Positions 39,091 to 49,829 of a stretch of 64,000 nucleotides of DNA are shown one piece after another. Location: positions 41,247-105,246 of the forward strand of contig JAZNXD010000018.1 in NCBI GenBank assembly GCA_045593685.1, given 5' to 3'. How positions within the stretch are numbered: the stretch's first letter is position 1; each line of letters opens with the position of its first letter. The stretch comes from Candidatus Enterousia sp. Lineage in GTDB: Bacteria; Pseudomonadota; Alphaproteobacteria; Rs-D84. A program made the translations under genes and the position numbers. The notes under the pieces were generated by a model, which saw only the letters and a list, made by a program, of their open reading frames with translations, ran no database searches and was not told where the DNA came from.

Positions 39091-40446
39091 TTATTTGTTT
39101 GCCAAAAAATTTTCCAACCATTTATTATCAAATTTTAACTGTTTAACATCTTTATTTGACAACAGTTTCCTTTGCAAAGGTATGGTTGTTTTTACGCCTT
39201 CGATAACAAATTCATCCAACGCACGTTGGGCGCGCATGATGCATGCCGGTCTGTTCTGTGCATGGACAATTAATTTTGCAACCATGGAATCATAGGTCGG
39301 CGGAATTGTATATCCCGTATAAACCGCACTGTCCACGCGAACACCCAATCCACCCGATGGCGCATACAGTGAAATTTTTCCCGGATTTGGAACAAAGGTT
39401 TCCGGATCTTCGGCATTAATACGAAATTCAATCGCATGACCATTTGGAATAACATTTGATTGATTGTATCCCAACTTTTCACCGCCTGCGATACGAATTT
39501 GTTCACGCACCAAATCCACACCGTATACCATTTCGGTCACCGGGTGTTCCACCTGCAAACGCGTATTCATTTCCAGAAAATAGAATTTGCCATCTTCGAA
39601 CATGAATTCAAAAGTTCCGGCATTTGTATATCCCATTTTCTTGGCCGCCGATTTACAGACTTCAATCATATCGTCGCGCTGTTTTTGTGATAAAACCGCG
39701 GCGGGACATTCTTCCATAACTTTTTGATTGCGTCTTTGCAGTGAACAGTCGCGTTCACCAAAGATAACAACATTGCCATGTTTGTCCCCCAGTACCTGAA
39801 ATTCAATATGTCGTGGGTGTGTTAACAGTTTTTCCATATACAGCGTATCATCACCAAACGCAGATTTTGCTTCGTTCTTGGTTAATTGATAAGCCTCGCT
39901 CATTTCATCGGCGCCCATAACGGGTCGCATTCCGCGTCCGCCACCACCGGCGGCCGCCTTTAACATAACCGGATATCCAATTTTTTCGGCCACATCCAAT
40001 GCATGTTCCAATGATTCCAACGCACCATCAGACCCCGGAACAACCGGCAATCCACACTCAATCGCGGTGCGTTTTGCATTAACCTTGTCGCCCATTTTTG
40101 TAATCATGTCGGGCGCCGGGCCAATCCAAATCATACCATGTTGTTCAACCTTTTGTGCAAAATCCGCCCGTTCGGACAAGAATCCATACCCCGGATGAAT
40201 TGCATCCGCATTGGTCAGCAACGCCGCCGTTAAAATAGCAGATTCGTTCAAATAAGAATCACGTGCCGGCGCCGGTCCGATACATACCGACTCGTCGGCC
40301 AGTTGTACATGCATTGCATCGCGATCGGCCGTTGAATACACCGCAACGGTTCGAATACCCATATCACGACATGCGCGAATAACACGCAGGGCAATTTCCC
40401 CACGGTTGGCAATTAAAACTTTTTTGATTTGCGACATATTATTCAA
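39091..40446 (-). CDS. accC: Acetyl-CoA carboxylase biotin carboxylase subunit
   Basis: ATP-grasp fold. [24 protein letters not shown]-terminus. 451 aa. Confidence 0.9.
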   Translation of the reverse strand: MNNMSQIKKVLIANRGEIALRVIRACRDMGIRTVAVYSTADRDAMHVQLADESVCIGPAPARDSYLNESAILTAALLTNADAIHPGYGFLSERADFAQKVEQHGMIWIGPAPDMITKMGDKVNAKRTAIECGLPVVPGSDGALESLEHALDVAEKIGYPVMLKAAAGGGGRGMRPVMGADEMSEAYQLTKNEAKSAFGDDTLYMEKLLTHPRHIEFQVLGDKHGNVVIFGERDCSLQRRNQKVMEECPAAVLSQKQRDDMIEVCKSAAKKMGYTNAGTFEFMFEDGKFYFLEMNTRLQVEHPVTEMVYGVDLVREQIRIAGGEKLGYNQSNVIPNGHAIEFRINAEDPETFVPNPGKISLYAPSGGLGVRVDSAVYTGYTIPPTYDSMVAKLIVHAQNRPACIMRAQRALDEFVIEGVKTTIPLQRKLLSNKDVKQLKFDNKWLENFLANK

Positions 40447-40882
40447 TCACGATTAAAGGTTGGTCAAATTCAACCGCCGCGCCGTCTGTTACCAAGATTT
40501 CTTTGACCACGCCATCTTTATCAGATTTAATTGGGTTGAACGTCTTCATTGCTTCGACCAACGCGACGGTGTCGCCGGCCTTGACCGATTTTCCGACGGC
40601 GACAAATGCGTCTGCCCCCGGTTCCGGTGCCAGGTACACAACCCCCACCATTGGTGATTTTAACGCATATCCGTTAACGGTATTTGTTGTGGTATCATTG
40701 TTGGATGTTTTAATTTCCGCCGATTGGGCAACAGGCGCTGCGATTGTTGCGGTCTGTTGTTTTGATAAATGAATATGTTTGCGATATAAACCAAACAAGA
40801 ATTGACGTTCCAAATTCAATTCTGTAATCCCCATATCATCCATGATCTTAGACATAGATTCAACGGTTGCACGAAATGACAT
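40439..40882 (-). CDS. accB: Biotin carboxyl carrier protein AccB
   Basis: Biotinyl-lysine region [18 protein letters not shown]. Overlaps the accC start. Confidence 0.85.
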   Translation of the reverse strand: MSFRATVESMSKIMDDMGITELNLERQFLFGLYRKHIHLSKQQTATIAAPVAQSAEIKTSNNDTTTNTVNGYALKSPMVGVVYLAPEPGADAFVAVGKSVKAGDTVALVEAMKTFNPIKSDKDGVVKEILVTDGAAVEFDQPLIVIE

Positions 40883-40949
40883 TTTTTATCCTTATTTTAT
40901 AATTAACTGTCTCGCATAGGTTAAAATTGTATCACATTATCCCCCATTG

Positions 40950-41186
40950 TCAAGGTACCGGGTCGTATCCGTACCCGCCCCCGGGCCTGCAACGTGATAT
41001 ACGTTTTATCCCCAGCCATACCCCCCGCAGGACCCCGTGTTTTTCAACTGCGGTGCGTGTATATTCGCTGCATGTTGGGACAAAGCGACACACCGCCCTG
41101 CCCCCAATAATTGGGGAAATGGCACATTGGTATGCGCGAACCATCGCAATGGCAGCGCGTTGAAATAACGATTGATTTTTATTCAT
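40950..41186 (-). CDS. yidD: Membrane protein insertion efficiency factor YidD
   Basis: [10 protein letters not shown] ... [14 protein letters not shown]. Confidence 0.8.
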   Translation of the reverse strand: MNKNQSLFQRAAIAMVRAYQCAISPIIGGRAVCRFVPTCSEYTRTAVEKHGVLRGVWLGIKRISRCRPGGGYGYDPVP

Positions 41187-41523
41187 TGATTTCCTGCCGG
41201 CGCAGATAATTCAGTGCTTTTTTCATTGCGACGCGCCCGGACGCACGGTCCGCGTCCAAGATTGCGCGCCGAATAATAAATACATAGTCCCAATCTTTGC
41301 GCATCATCTGTTCGCAAAACGCAATCCAGTCACGAATTAATCTTTTTGCACGATTTCTGTCAACGGCGTGTTTAAAAGTCTTTTTTGTAACAATCAGACC
41401 ATATCGCGGATCGTCTGGATATTTTGCCTTTTTTGCCCGCACCAGAAAGTACGCACTTTTGGCCACGGGGTCATTTTCACCCATGGCAAAGTCTTCATGT
41501 CTTTTTATTGTATCACGTATCAT
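41179..41523 (-). CDS. rnpA: Ribonuclease P protein component RnpA
   Basis: [26 protein letters not shown] (RNR motif). The real start is probably MIRDTIKRH. The extended open reading frame has no ribosome-binding-site support. Confidence 0.7.
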   Translation of the reverse strand: MIRDTIKRHEDFAMGENDPVAKSAYFLVRAKKAKYPDDPRYGLIVTKKTFKHAVDRNRAKRLIRDWIAFCEQMMRKDWDYVFIIRRAILDADRASGRVAMKKALNYLRRQEINE

Positions 41524-41599
41524 AGTGGGCACATAATACCACAATATACGATAAATCAAATAAATTTGTTGGCCTGTCTTGATTTTTCGCACATCGTGA

Positions 41600-42687
<1,088 letters not shown>

Positions 42688-42688
<1 letters not shown>

Positions 42689-42737
42689 AAAATCCCCGAT
42701 TGGGGATTTTTTTTGCCGGCATTTGCCGGTGTTTTTA
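42688..42737. terminator. Tandem bidirectional terminators between mreB and gpsA
   Basis: ATCCCCGattGGGGAT plus GCCGGCatttGCCGGTG, each flanked by A and T runs. Confidence 0.65.
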
Positions 42738-43601
42738 TTATATTTTTAACTTTTCTTGCATTTGGACAAGTATCGGTGTTTCAACCCCCAAATCACGTGC
42801 GCGGGCAATCAGACCACCCAATGCAAAGATTCCTTCTACTGTACCAGATGGTTCTTTGCCCTGTGCAATGGCAATTCCGCCCGAAAAATTACGGCTGGTT
42901 TCACTTGTTGCCGACAAAAACAGGTCCCCTATTCCGCATAATCCCAAAAAGGTGCGCATTTTTCCGCCCATCGCCATGCCTATTTCCATGACTTCGTTCC
43001 ATGCACGTGTAAATATCATTGCGCGCTCGTTTTCGCCCCGCGCCATAACTTTGTTGTATCCGCAAATCAGTGCCAACGCGTTTTTACCAACCCCACATAC
43101 CTGGGCTCCAATTATATCGTCGCTTTCTTCCAGGTATAATTTACCCAGTGCATCGGCGCCTGCAACCAATGCACCACGTGTTCCCGCCAATGTAGAACCC
43201 GTGGGAACGCCATGTGCAACCTCGGCTGCGAATTGTGGACCCGACAACACGCCATATTCCGTACATTCGGGCAGTTCGGATTGTAAAATTTCCGACATAA
43301 ATTGTCCGGTTTGGCTTTCGGCGCCCTTGGTACAGATAATAATTGGTTGGCCATTATATGTGTCGTGTGCCCGGCGCAATGTTTCGCGAAAAAACGCACC
43401 CGGTGTCACAATCAGCCATGTATCCATGTCGTGCAAATCCGACATTTGACCGGTCATTTTTATATTTTGTGGAATTTCTATGTCGTCAAAATGTTTGCAT
43501 TCTCCATCATAAGACCACAAAGTTACATCCGCACCACCGCGTGCAGAAATTATCGCCAGTGCCGTTCCCCATGCACCCGCACCAATTACACCTACCTTCA
43601 T
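42738..43601 (-). CDS. gpsA: NAD(P)H-dependent glycerol-3-phosphate dehydrogenase
   Basis: N-terminal Rossmann motif KVGVIGAGAWGTALA. 287 aa. Confidence 0.85.
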   Translation of the reverse strand: MKVGVIGAGAWGTALAIISARGGADVTLWSYDGECKHFDDIEIPQNIKMTGQMSDLHDMDTWLIVTPGAFFRETLRRAHDTYNGQPIIICTKGAESQTGQFMSEILQSELPECTEYGVLSGPQFAAEVAHGVPTGSTLAGTRGALVAGADALGKLYLEESDDIIGAQVCGVGKNALALICGYNKVMARGENERAMIFTRAWNEVMEIGMAMGGKMRTFLGLCGIGDLFLSATSETSRNFSGGIAIAQGKEPSGTVEGIFALGGLIARARDLGVETPILVQMQEKLKI

Positions 43602-45214
43602 TTCAGATTCCTTATTTTTCTTTCAATATATGGGACAACCGTTAATCCATCATCAGATAAATCAATCGCACGATTGTATGCTTCTATGGCCTTGTCAACA
43701 TCGCCCTTGGCTGCATACATGTCCCCCAGGTTAACAAATAACGAAGAACATGTTTCTGATATTTCGCCAACACGTTCCAGTAATTCCAGCGCCGCGTCCA
43801 CACCTTCGCGTGCCGCCACCACAACCCCCAGCGTATCCCATGCCAGGACATCTGTTGGGTTTTGCCGAACCAGCCCCATCGCATAATCATACGCGTTTTC
43901 CAGTTCGCGATTTCGCGCAGCCCAAATCTTGGCCTGTAACGAAATGATTTCACTATCAACCATTTGTATTTCTGATGCCTGTCTAATATCGTCTTGTGCG
44001 GCCTTGTAATCGCCAAAGGCAAAGTATATTTGTGCCCTGCTCTTAATAAAAAAAGCCCGGGCCTCATCTCCCAAATTTTTATCGCGCAAAGCACGATTGA
44101 CCGCACGCAATGCGGTGCGTTTATTTCCATTTTGGATATTGTACGCAATCATTTTATTTACAGCCGGCACAAACAGCGGATGCTCTTCTATCAAATCCCC
44201 CAGTGCATCAATATCTTGGTTCTTTTCAATCATGCGCAAACGTGCAAAGGGATAAAATGGACTGTCTTGCTTTATTTTTTCAAAATGTTTTTGATAGTTT
44301 CCGACATTGGTATAAAAATACTGGCCCAAATAGTAATCGATTGTATTATTATTGTATGCAAAATCTGGCGCAATAATTTGTGCAAAACGTAACAACAGCA
44401 TTGCCAAATCTGAATACATCATGATCTGTGTGTGCGACACGTTTTGAACCAAACTGAACGCCAGTTGATTTTCATATCCTTCGTATATTGACCAATCCGG
44501 AATATTTTTATAATTCGCCATAAACATCCCGCCGGGAAGCGACGAGAATTCGGCACGCAAAGCATCCGCACGATCCTGCATATCATGATGTGTATAGAAC
44601 GACATAACATACATATAATCGTTCAGGTTCATAAATTCTGTTTCAACCTTGGCAAAGTGGTCGGCGGCGGTATCTATATCGCCCAGTTGTGCATAAATTT
44701 GACCACGCACAAACGATTTCCAAGATTGGTTTGTTGGCAGTTTGTCGATAAACTTAAACGTGTTCGTACGCCAATCATTTGCGATTGCGGACCAAATACG
44801 CAAGGGGGCGGCCAACGCAGATTCATCTGTCTTGTGACGATTGTGAAAATCCTTCCATTTATTATTTTTTATCAGGTGCGCGTCATAAATTAAACGCGCA
44901 GGCATACTCTTTTCGTTTTTCAACAGATGTGCATCAAATGGCATCCGTCCCGATAAAAAGTCCGCCAAATAAACGGTGTTCTGGACGGCCGGATATTGTA
45001 CATCCCCCAGGTTCTGTGTAAATTTTTTTGCAGAATCAAAATCGTTAACATACACAGCGTGCTGGGCCGCCAAAAAAGACGCATATTTTGTTTCTGGAAA
45101 ACTGTACGTGTCCTGATTGGATTGTGATTTTGTGTAATTCCATATTGCGCCACCTGTAATAACAACGACGGCCAATAAACTAACTGTAATAAAAATGCTT
45201 TCTATTTTCTTCAT
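43598..45214 (-). CDS. Membrane-anchored TPR-repeat protein
   Basis: N-terminal transmembrane segment. Multiple TPR-like helices (e.g. AYNRAIDLSDDG). Confidence 0.6.
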   Translation of the reverse strand: MKKIESIFITVSLLAVVVITGGAIWNYTKSQSNQDTYSFPETKYASFLAAQHAVYVNDFDSAKKFTQNLGDVQYPAVQNTVYLADFLSGRMPFDAHLLKNEKSMPARLIYDAHLIKNNKWKDFHNRHKTDESALAAPLRIWSAIANDWRTNTFKFIDKLPTNQSWKSFVRGQIYAQLGDIDTAADHFAKVETEFMNLNDYMYVMSFYTHHDMQDRADALRAEFSSLPGGMFMANYKNIPDWSIYEGYENQLAFSLVQNVSHTQIMMYSDLAMLLLRFAQIIAPDFAYNNNTIDYYLGQYFYTNVGNYQKHFEKIKQDSPFYPFARLRMIEKNQDIDALGDLIEEHPLFVPAVNKMIAYNIQNGNKRTALRAVNRALRDKNLGDEARAFFIKSRAQIYFAFGDYKAAQDDIRQASEIQMVDSEIISLQAKIWAARNRELENAYDYAMGLVRQNPTDVLAWDTLGVVVAAREGVDAALELLERVGEISETCSSLFVNLGDMYAAKGDVDKAIEAYNRAIDLSDDGLTVVPYIERKIRNLK

Positions 45215-45235
45215 GGCTATGCTAGAATAGCGCTT

Positions 45236-45796
45236 ATGAAGAATAATGTCAAATTTGATAAATACGAAGAAATGTTACGCGAATGGTCTGTGCGTATGAA
45301 TTTGGTCGCCCCCAGTACGCTGAACGATATTAAAACACGTCACATTGCTGATTCGGCGCAGTTGGCGGATGTTTTGCCGACCGGTGTGTCAATCGTTGAT
45401 TTGGGCAGTGGCGCCGGTTTTCCGGGAATTGTTTTGGCAATTTTGGGTTGGCGTGTAACGTGTGTTGAATCAATCGGGAAAAAGGTTGCTTTTTTAACGG
45501 CTGTCAAAGAAGCGCTTGGGCTGGATAATTTGACCATATATCACGGTCGTGTTGAAAATTTTGTCCGGGATTTGCCGGCAAAAAACGATAATATTGTATT
45601 TACTGCGCGTGCATTTGCGTCATTAGAGAAAATAATGGATTATGTTGCACGTACGAAATGCCGGCTTTTTCTATTAAAAGGCCGGGAAATAGAATCTGAA
45701 ATTAATGTTGCAAAACGGCGTTATCGTTTTTCTTATGATTTAACGCCATCGTGCACCGGGGATGGTTTTATAATTTCTGTGCGTTTTGACCGGTAA
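45236..45796 (+). CDS. rsmG: 16S rRNA m7G527 methyltransferase RsmG (GidB)
   Basis: SAM motif VDLGSGAGFPGIVLAI. 186 aa. Confidence 0.85.
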   Translation: MKNNVKFDKYEEMLREWSVRMNLVAPSTLNDIKTRHIADSAQLADVLPTGVSIVDLGSGAGFPGIVLAILGWRVTCVESIGKKVAFLTAVKEALGLDNLTIYHGRVENFVRDLPAKNDNIVFTARAFASLEKIMDYVARTKCRLFLLKGREIESEINVAKRRYRFSYDLTPSCTGDGFIISVRFDR

Positions 45797-45810
45797 TTTC
45801 ATGTGAAACA
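45795..45810. promoter_or_regulatory. parS-like site (13/16 to TGTTTCACGTGAAACA)
   Basis: aaTTTCAtGTGAAACA immediately after the rsmG stop. Shares a 12-mer TTTCATGTGAAA with the site at 46778-46793. Confidence 0.4.
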
Positions 45811-45828
45811 GGTTTTAACATGATGATT

Positions 45829-46731
45829 TTAGCGCGTTTTGTATCTTTTTAACAAGATGCTGTTTTGGCCGGTTGTTTTGTATATAATGCTGTCGATTTT
45901 TTGCATCATTTCTTGCTTCTGCTTTTTTGTGGCCAATTCCCACAGATTTATTGTGCCATATTTTGTTTCGAAATCCCACAGTGGTGCCCACATGTTTACT
46001 TGTGGTATGAACATTGCTTTGTTGATTTTTGCGCATTCTAGGTTGGGTTTATATGTGTTTTTTTGATTATAAAAGTATGCTTTGCGCAACCCATGTATAT
46101 ATGTTCCGTCGGCGGTTTGATTGACGTAACGCTGTGTGGCGTGTTTCATGATTATGTCCGCAACCTGTTGTGTATAAAAGTAGGGTGATATATTATTTGG
46201 TTTGCATTGGTCGTTTATTTCGGTCAATGCGTTTTTTATAAATTTTCTGCCCGGTTTTTCTGTTTGTGTTTCATGGTGTTGCGCCTCGATTGCTTCGACG
46301 ATTTCGCCGGCTGGTGCCATCACTTCATTAAGTGCCGCAACGCGTGCACGTGTCATGGGTGGCAGGTGTTCGGTATGTTTTGTTAGAGCGGCTTTGCGTG
46401 CATGTTCATATTCGTGTCGCAGAACGTATCGTTTTGATGTGTTGTTAAGGTGGCATATTCTTTCAAGTTGTTCGTTCGGTGTTTTTGGAATAAAATAATA
46501 TGTAATAATTGTGTTTGTGGCGGGAATGAATCGTCCGGCGGCGCACTTGGTTATTTTTGTTTCTGGTGTTACGTACACTGTGTCGGTAATGTATTTCAGG
46601 GGGCGTAATTGTGTTTTACCGGTGTTTGCCGGTTTTTTTGAATTATTTTCTTGTGTTGTTTGTGCGGCGATAATCGAAGTTACGCCCAGGATAAAAGATA
46701 CAGAAAGATGTGCCAAATATCGAAAATTCAT
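45829..46731 (-). CDS. Secreted hypothetical protein with HExxH motif (possible Zn-metallopeptidase-like), inserted between rsmG and parA
   Basis: Signal peptide MNFRYLAHLSVSFILGVTSIIAAQT. RHEYEH motif. The ATG at 46731 sits 5-7 nt after a TATATA -10. The longer open reading frame starting at 46785 would bury the promoter. Confidence 0.5.
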   Translation of the reverse strand: MNFRYLAHLSVSFILGVTSIIAAQTTQENNSKKPANTGKTQLRPLKYITDTVYVTPETKITKCAAGRFIPATNTIITYYFIPKTPNEQLERICHLNNTSKRYVLRHEYEHARKAALTKHTEHLPPMTRARVAALNEVMAPAGEIVEAIEAQHHETQTEKPGRKFIKNALTEINDQCKPNNISPYFYTQQVADIIMKHATQRYVNQTADGTYIHGLRKAYFYNQKNTYKPNLECAKINKAMFIPQVNMWAPLWDFETKYGTINLWELATKKQKQEMMQKIDSIIYKTTGQNSILLKRYKTR

Positions 46732-46736
46732 ACTTT

Positions 46737-46766
46737 TATATATAGCACAAAATAACCGTTTGTCAA
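46737..46766 (-). promoter_or_regulatory. Promoter box TTGACAAA...TTTTGTGCTATAT placed for a leaderless transcript
   Basis: -35 TTGACA (complement of 46761-46766), a 16-18 nt spacer, and -10 TATATA 5-7 nt before the ATG. 21 of 26 bases match the box at 49741-49766. Confidence 0.5.
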
Positions 46767-46777
46767 TATTGGTTTTG

Positions 46778-46793
46778 TGTTTCATGTGAAATT
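46778..46793. promoter_or_regulatory. parS-like site (13/16 to consensus)
   Basis: TGTTTCAtGTGAAAtt, 110 nt upstream of parA. Confidence 0.4.
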
Positions 46794-46902
46794 GCGGGTA
46801 ATATATTGATTTTTAATTGTTTTTTGTGTTGGTTGATATATTGTCTTGACCGAATCGGCTGCTTTTTATAAGGTAAACTACATAATTATATGGAAAGGGA
46901 AT

Positions 46903-47685
46903 ATGGCTTATATCATAGCATTTGCAAATCAAAAGGGTGGTGTTGGAAAAACAACAACCGCCATTAATATCGGCGCATCGTTGGCAACGATTGGTCAGCG
47001 TGTTTTGTTAATAGACCTGGATCAACAGGGTAATGCCGGCACGGGTTTGGGCTTTGAACGCGGTGCACATGAACAAAACGTGTATGACGTTATAATGGGG
47101 GTATCGCCCATTGCAAATAATATTTTAAGTACGGCCGTGCCCGGCTTGCATCTTTTACCGTCCAGCCAGGCTCTTGCCGGTGCGGATATTGATTTATTGG
47201 ATGTTGAAAATCGCGAATATAAATTGCGTGACGCCTTGGTGCCGATAATGGATTATTACGATTTTATTTTGTTGGATTGTCCGCCGGCTTTGGGTTTTTT
47301 AACCATCAACGCATTAACGGCATCTGATTCTGTCATAATACCGTTACAGTGCGAATTTTTTGCCCTAGAAGGGGTGCAGCAATTAATGGATACTATAACA
47401 ATAGTGCGTGAAAACTGGAATCCTGGATTGGAAATTCTGGGGGTTTTGTTGACGATGTATGACAAACGTTATGGTCTGACACGTGCGGTTGATGATGATG
47501 TTCGAAAAACGTTTGGTGATACGGTTTTCAAAACGGTTGTGCCGCGCAATGTTCGCGTATCCGAAGCGCCCAGCCACGGCAAGCCGGCGCTGTTTTATGA
47601 CTTTAATTCAACCGGCGCCCAGGCATATTTGCGTGTCGCGACCGAGGTGGTAGAAAGAACCATAGGGGGCACAGATGGCAAATAA
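46903..47685 (+). CDS. parA: Chromosome partitioning ATPase ParA
   Basis: Deviant Walker A KGGVGKTTT. AAGGGA ribosome-binding site before the ATG at 46903. Confidence 0.9.
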   Translation: MAYIIAFANQKGGVGKTTTAINIGASLATIGQRVLLIDLDQQGNAGTGLGFERGAHEQNVYDVIMGVSPIANNILSTAVPGLHLLPSSQALAGADIDLLDVENREYKLRDALVPIMDYYDFILLDCPPALGFLTINALTASDSVIIPLQCEFFALEGVQQLMDTITIVRENWNPGLEILGVLLTMYDKRYGLTRAVDDDVRKTFGDTVFKTVVPRNVRVSEAPSHGKPALFYDFNSTGAQAYLRVATEVVERTIGGTDGK

Positions 47686-48553
47686 ATTTGGATTGGGGCG
47701 TGGTTTGGCGGATTTGCAAAATGCGCGTGGCGCGATACCGAATATTTCTTTGTTAACACCGACCGACAGGGTTGTTGTAAAGCAGGTCCCGTTGTCGCAA
47801 ATTGCTGCAAATCCCGATCAGCCACGTAAAACTTTTACCGAAGGTGAATTGGCCGACCTGGCTGCATCTATTCGTGAAAAGGGCGTGTTACAGCCTATTT
47901 TGTTGCGTGCTGTTACCGGTCGTCCATATATGTATGAAATAGTTGCGGGTGAACGTCGTTTTCGTGCATCCAAAATGGCGGGCAAAACCGAAATACCCGC
48001 GTTGGTAAAAACATTAACGGATGAAAACGCGCGCGAAATTGCATTAATAGAAAATGTTCAGCGTGAAAATCTTAACCCTATGGAAGAGGCTGCTGCCTAT
48101 AAAAACCTGATGGAGTGTTGTGATTATGAATTGGCGGATGTTGCGCGCCTGATTGGCAAATCAGACAGTTATATTCGTAACATGTTGCGATTAACTTCGT
48201 TGCCCGAATCTGTGCAACATTTGGTAGAGCAGGGCGAATTATCCGCATCCCATGCGCGTACGATTGCGGTTGCCGAAAATCCCGAAGATTTGGCGCATAA
48301 AATTATATCTCAAAAATTATCGGTATCGGATACGGACAGGTTGGTAAAATCCGCGCCCCGCGCCAAAACATGCCGTAATCATAAAAACAAGAACATTGAT
48401 GATGCGCAAATTCGTGATATGGAAAACAAAATAAAGGGCGCCCTGGGGGTGGGGGTAAAAATAACCGAGCGTCGCGGTGGCGCGGGACAGGTAACATTAT
48501 CGTTTGTTTCCCGTCCCCAGTTATTCGAATTGGTTGAAAGACTGACCAAATAA
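47675..48553 (+). CDS. parB: Chromosome partitioning protein ParB
   Basis: ParB box GERRFRA. HTH. Overlaps the parA end. Confidence 0.9.
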   Translation: MANKFGLGRGLADLQNARGAIPNISLLTPTDRVVVKQVPLSQIAANPDQPRKTFTEGELADLAASIREKGVLQPILLRAVTGRPYMYEIVAGERRFRASKMAGKTEIPALVKTLTDENAREIALIENVQRENLNPMEEAAAYKNLMECCDYELADVARLIGKSDSYIRNMLRLTSLPESVQHLVEQGELSASHARTIAVAENPEDLAHKIISQKLSVSDTDRLVKSAPRAKTCRNHKNKNIDDAQIRDMENKIKGALGVGVKITERRGGAGQVTLSFVSRPQLFELVERLTK

Positions 48554-48555
48554 AA

Positions 48556-48650
48556 ATGTTCAAAAAAGCCGGCAAATGCCGGCGATTTTTATTAAAATTA
48601 AAATCAAATAAATTTGTTAAAAAATACCGGCATTTGCCGGCTTTTTTATC
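48556..48650. terminator. Two tandem bidirectional terminators (GCCGGCaaatGCCGGC and CCGGCatttGCCGG)
   Basis: Perfect palindromes flanked by A and T tracts, between the convergent parB and radical-SAM genes. Confidence 0.65.
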
Positions 48651-49731
48651 GTTTTTTTGATTTAAACAGATTTAAAACGGTGTTCATATCTTTTTTTATA
48701 CTTTGCGCGACCCGGCGATTTGTTTCGTTAAAAACCCAGCGTTCTTCTTCGATGGCGGTTTGTTTTTCCAAATCGCGTTTTATATTATTCAAAGGTCGTG
48801 GCGTGCCATCTTTGTTGCGCCATGGCACGGTTATCTTCTTGCCCGAATTTTCGCCCAGTGTAACATTGCCAAAGGAATCAAATGCCATCAGAACCTGCGG
48901 CGGATTCCCCGGGGCCAGGAAACTAAACTGTGGCGTTGGTGTATGGTATGCGTTTTCAATATTTTTTGCGCGCCCACCATCAAACAATGTACCGATTGAA
49001 AATCTTAAAATAATATTCCCGTTTACGGACCACATATTGTTTTGTGGGGCAGGGGACATATCATTGTTTGTGCCACCAAAAACGCTAATTGGGTGTACGT
49101 CGTTGTTTTGTTTACGCAATTTGCCCAGCATTTCATCAATCATATCCACATCTTGCCCAAAAGATGAAATATTGATGACACAGGTGCTGTTTTTTTGTCT
49201 GCGTGACATTTCGGTAATGAATTCAATATTTTTCTGCATTGCGTGCGGATGGAATCTGTCCAGTGACAATGATACCTGCATTGGAATTAATCTAAAACTG
49301 CTGATGCTGTGTGCGCTTAATACATCGACCATGTCATCAAAAATCATATCGCGCATGGGGGTAAGTGTCCAGCCCGCATTTGTTTTTATATCAACGCTGC
49401 AACCATTATTCAGTGCTAAATTCAGCAAATTTTTCACATAATTTGGTTCGTTATGGTATTTGTAGGCGCTCATAATTTCGCCGCCTGTAAATACTAAATC
49501 CTTGCTAAATTTTGGATCATTTATGGCTTGCTTGATATAATTTTCTATTATTGCCGACGGAATATAGTTTTTAGGCATATTTGCGCCGGCCGATTCACAA
49601 CAGTGTGGGCAATTATTCCAACAGTAATGCGTGGTTTTAAAAATCATTACATACGGCAGTTTTCGTATTGCCTGTGCCGCGGATGAATTACGACATAACA
49701 TCGAATGAAAAAAATCATGTATCCTTAACAT
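48646..49731 (-). CDS. Radical SAM domain protein, function unknown (361 aa)
   Basis: CWNNCPHC is a CxxxCxxC motif. FTGGE is a glycine-rich SAM motif. No SPASM-type C-terminal Cys cluster is evident. Confidence 0.7.
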   Translation of the reverse strand: MLRIHDFFHSMLCRNSSAAQAIRKLPYVMIFKTTHYCWNNCPHCCESAGANMPKNYIPSAIIENYIKQAINDPKFSKDLVFTGGEIMSAYKYHNEPNYVKNLLNLALNNGCSVDIKTNAGWTLTPMRDMIFDDMVDVLSAHSISSFRLIPMQVSLSLDRFHPHAMQKNIEFITEMSRRQKNSTCVINISSFGQDVDMIDEMLGKLRKQNNDVHPISVFGGTNNDMSPAPQNNMWSVNGNIILRFSIGTLFDGGRAKNIENAYHTPTPQFSFLAPGNPPQVLMAFDSFGNVTLGENSGKKITVPWRNKDGTPRPLNNIKRDLEKQTAIEEERWVFNETNRRVAQSIKKDMNTVLNLFKSKKR

Positions 49732-49736
49732 GAAAT

Positions 49737-49766
49737 ATAATATAGCACAAAATATTACTTTGTCAA
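49737..49766 (-). promoter_or_regulatory. Promoter box TTGACAAA...TTTTGTGCTATAT placed for a leaderless transcript of the radical-SAM gene
   Basis: -35 TTGACA (complement of 49761-49766), a 16-nt spacer, and -10 TATATT ending 7 nt before the ATG at 49731. Confidence 0.5.
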
Positions 49767-49785
49767 CAGGTTGGGCAAATAGTCG

Positions 49786-49816
49786 ATAAAAAAACCGCCC
49801 GATTGGGCGGCTTTTG
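49786..49816. terminator. Bidirectional terminator CCGCCCgattGGGCGG
   Basis: 6-bp GC stem flanked by A7 and T4. Confidence 0.6.
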
Positions 49817-49829
49817 AAACTTTCAACAA

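Noticed and set aside
42700-43449. 249-aa + strand ORF overlapping gpsA, and similar long antisense ORFs (for example 6018..6800 in topA and 33444..33962 in fabG)
   Set aside because: They are fully embedded antisense to well-supported conserved genes, with low-complexity translations. They are shadow ORFs.
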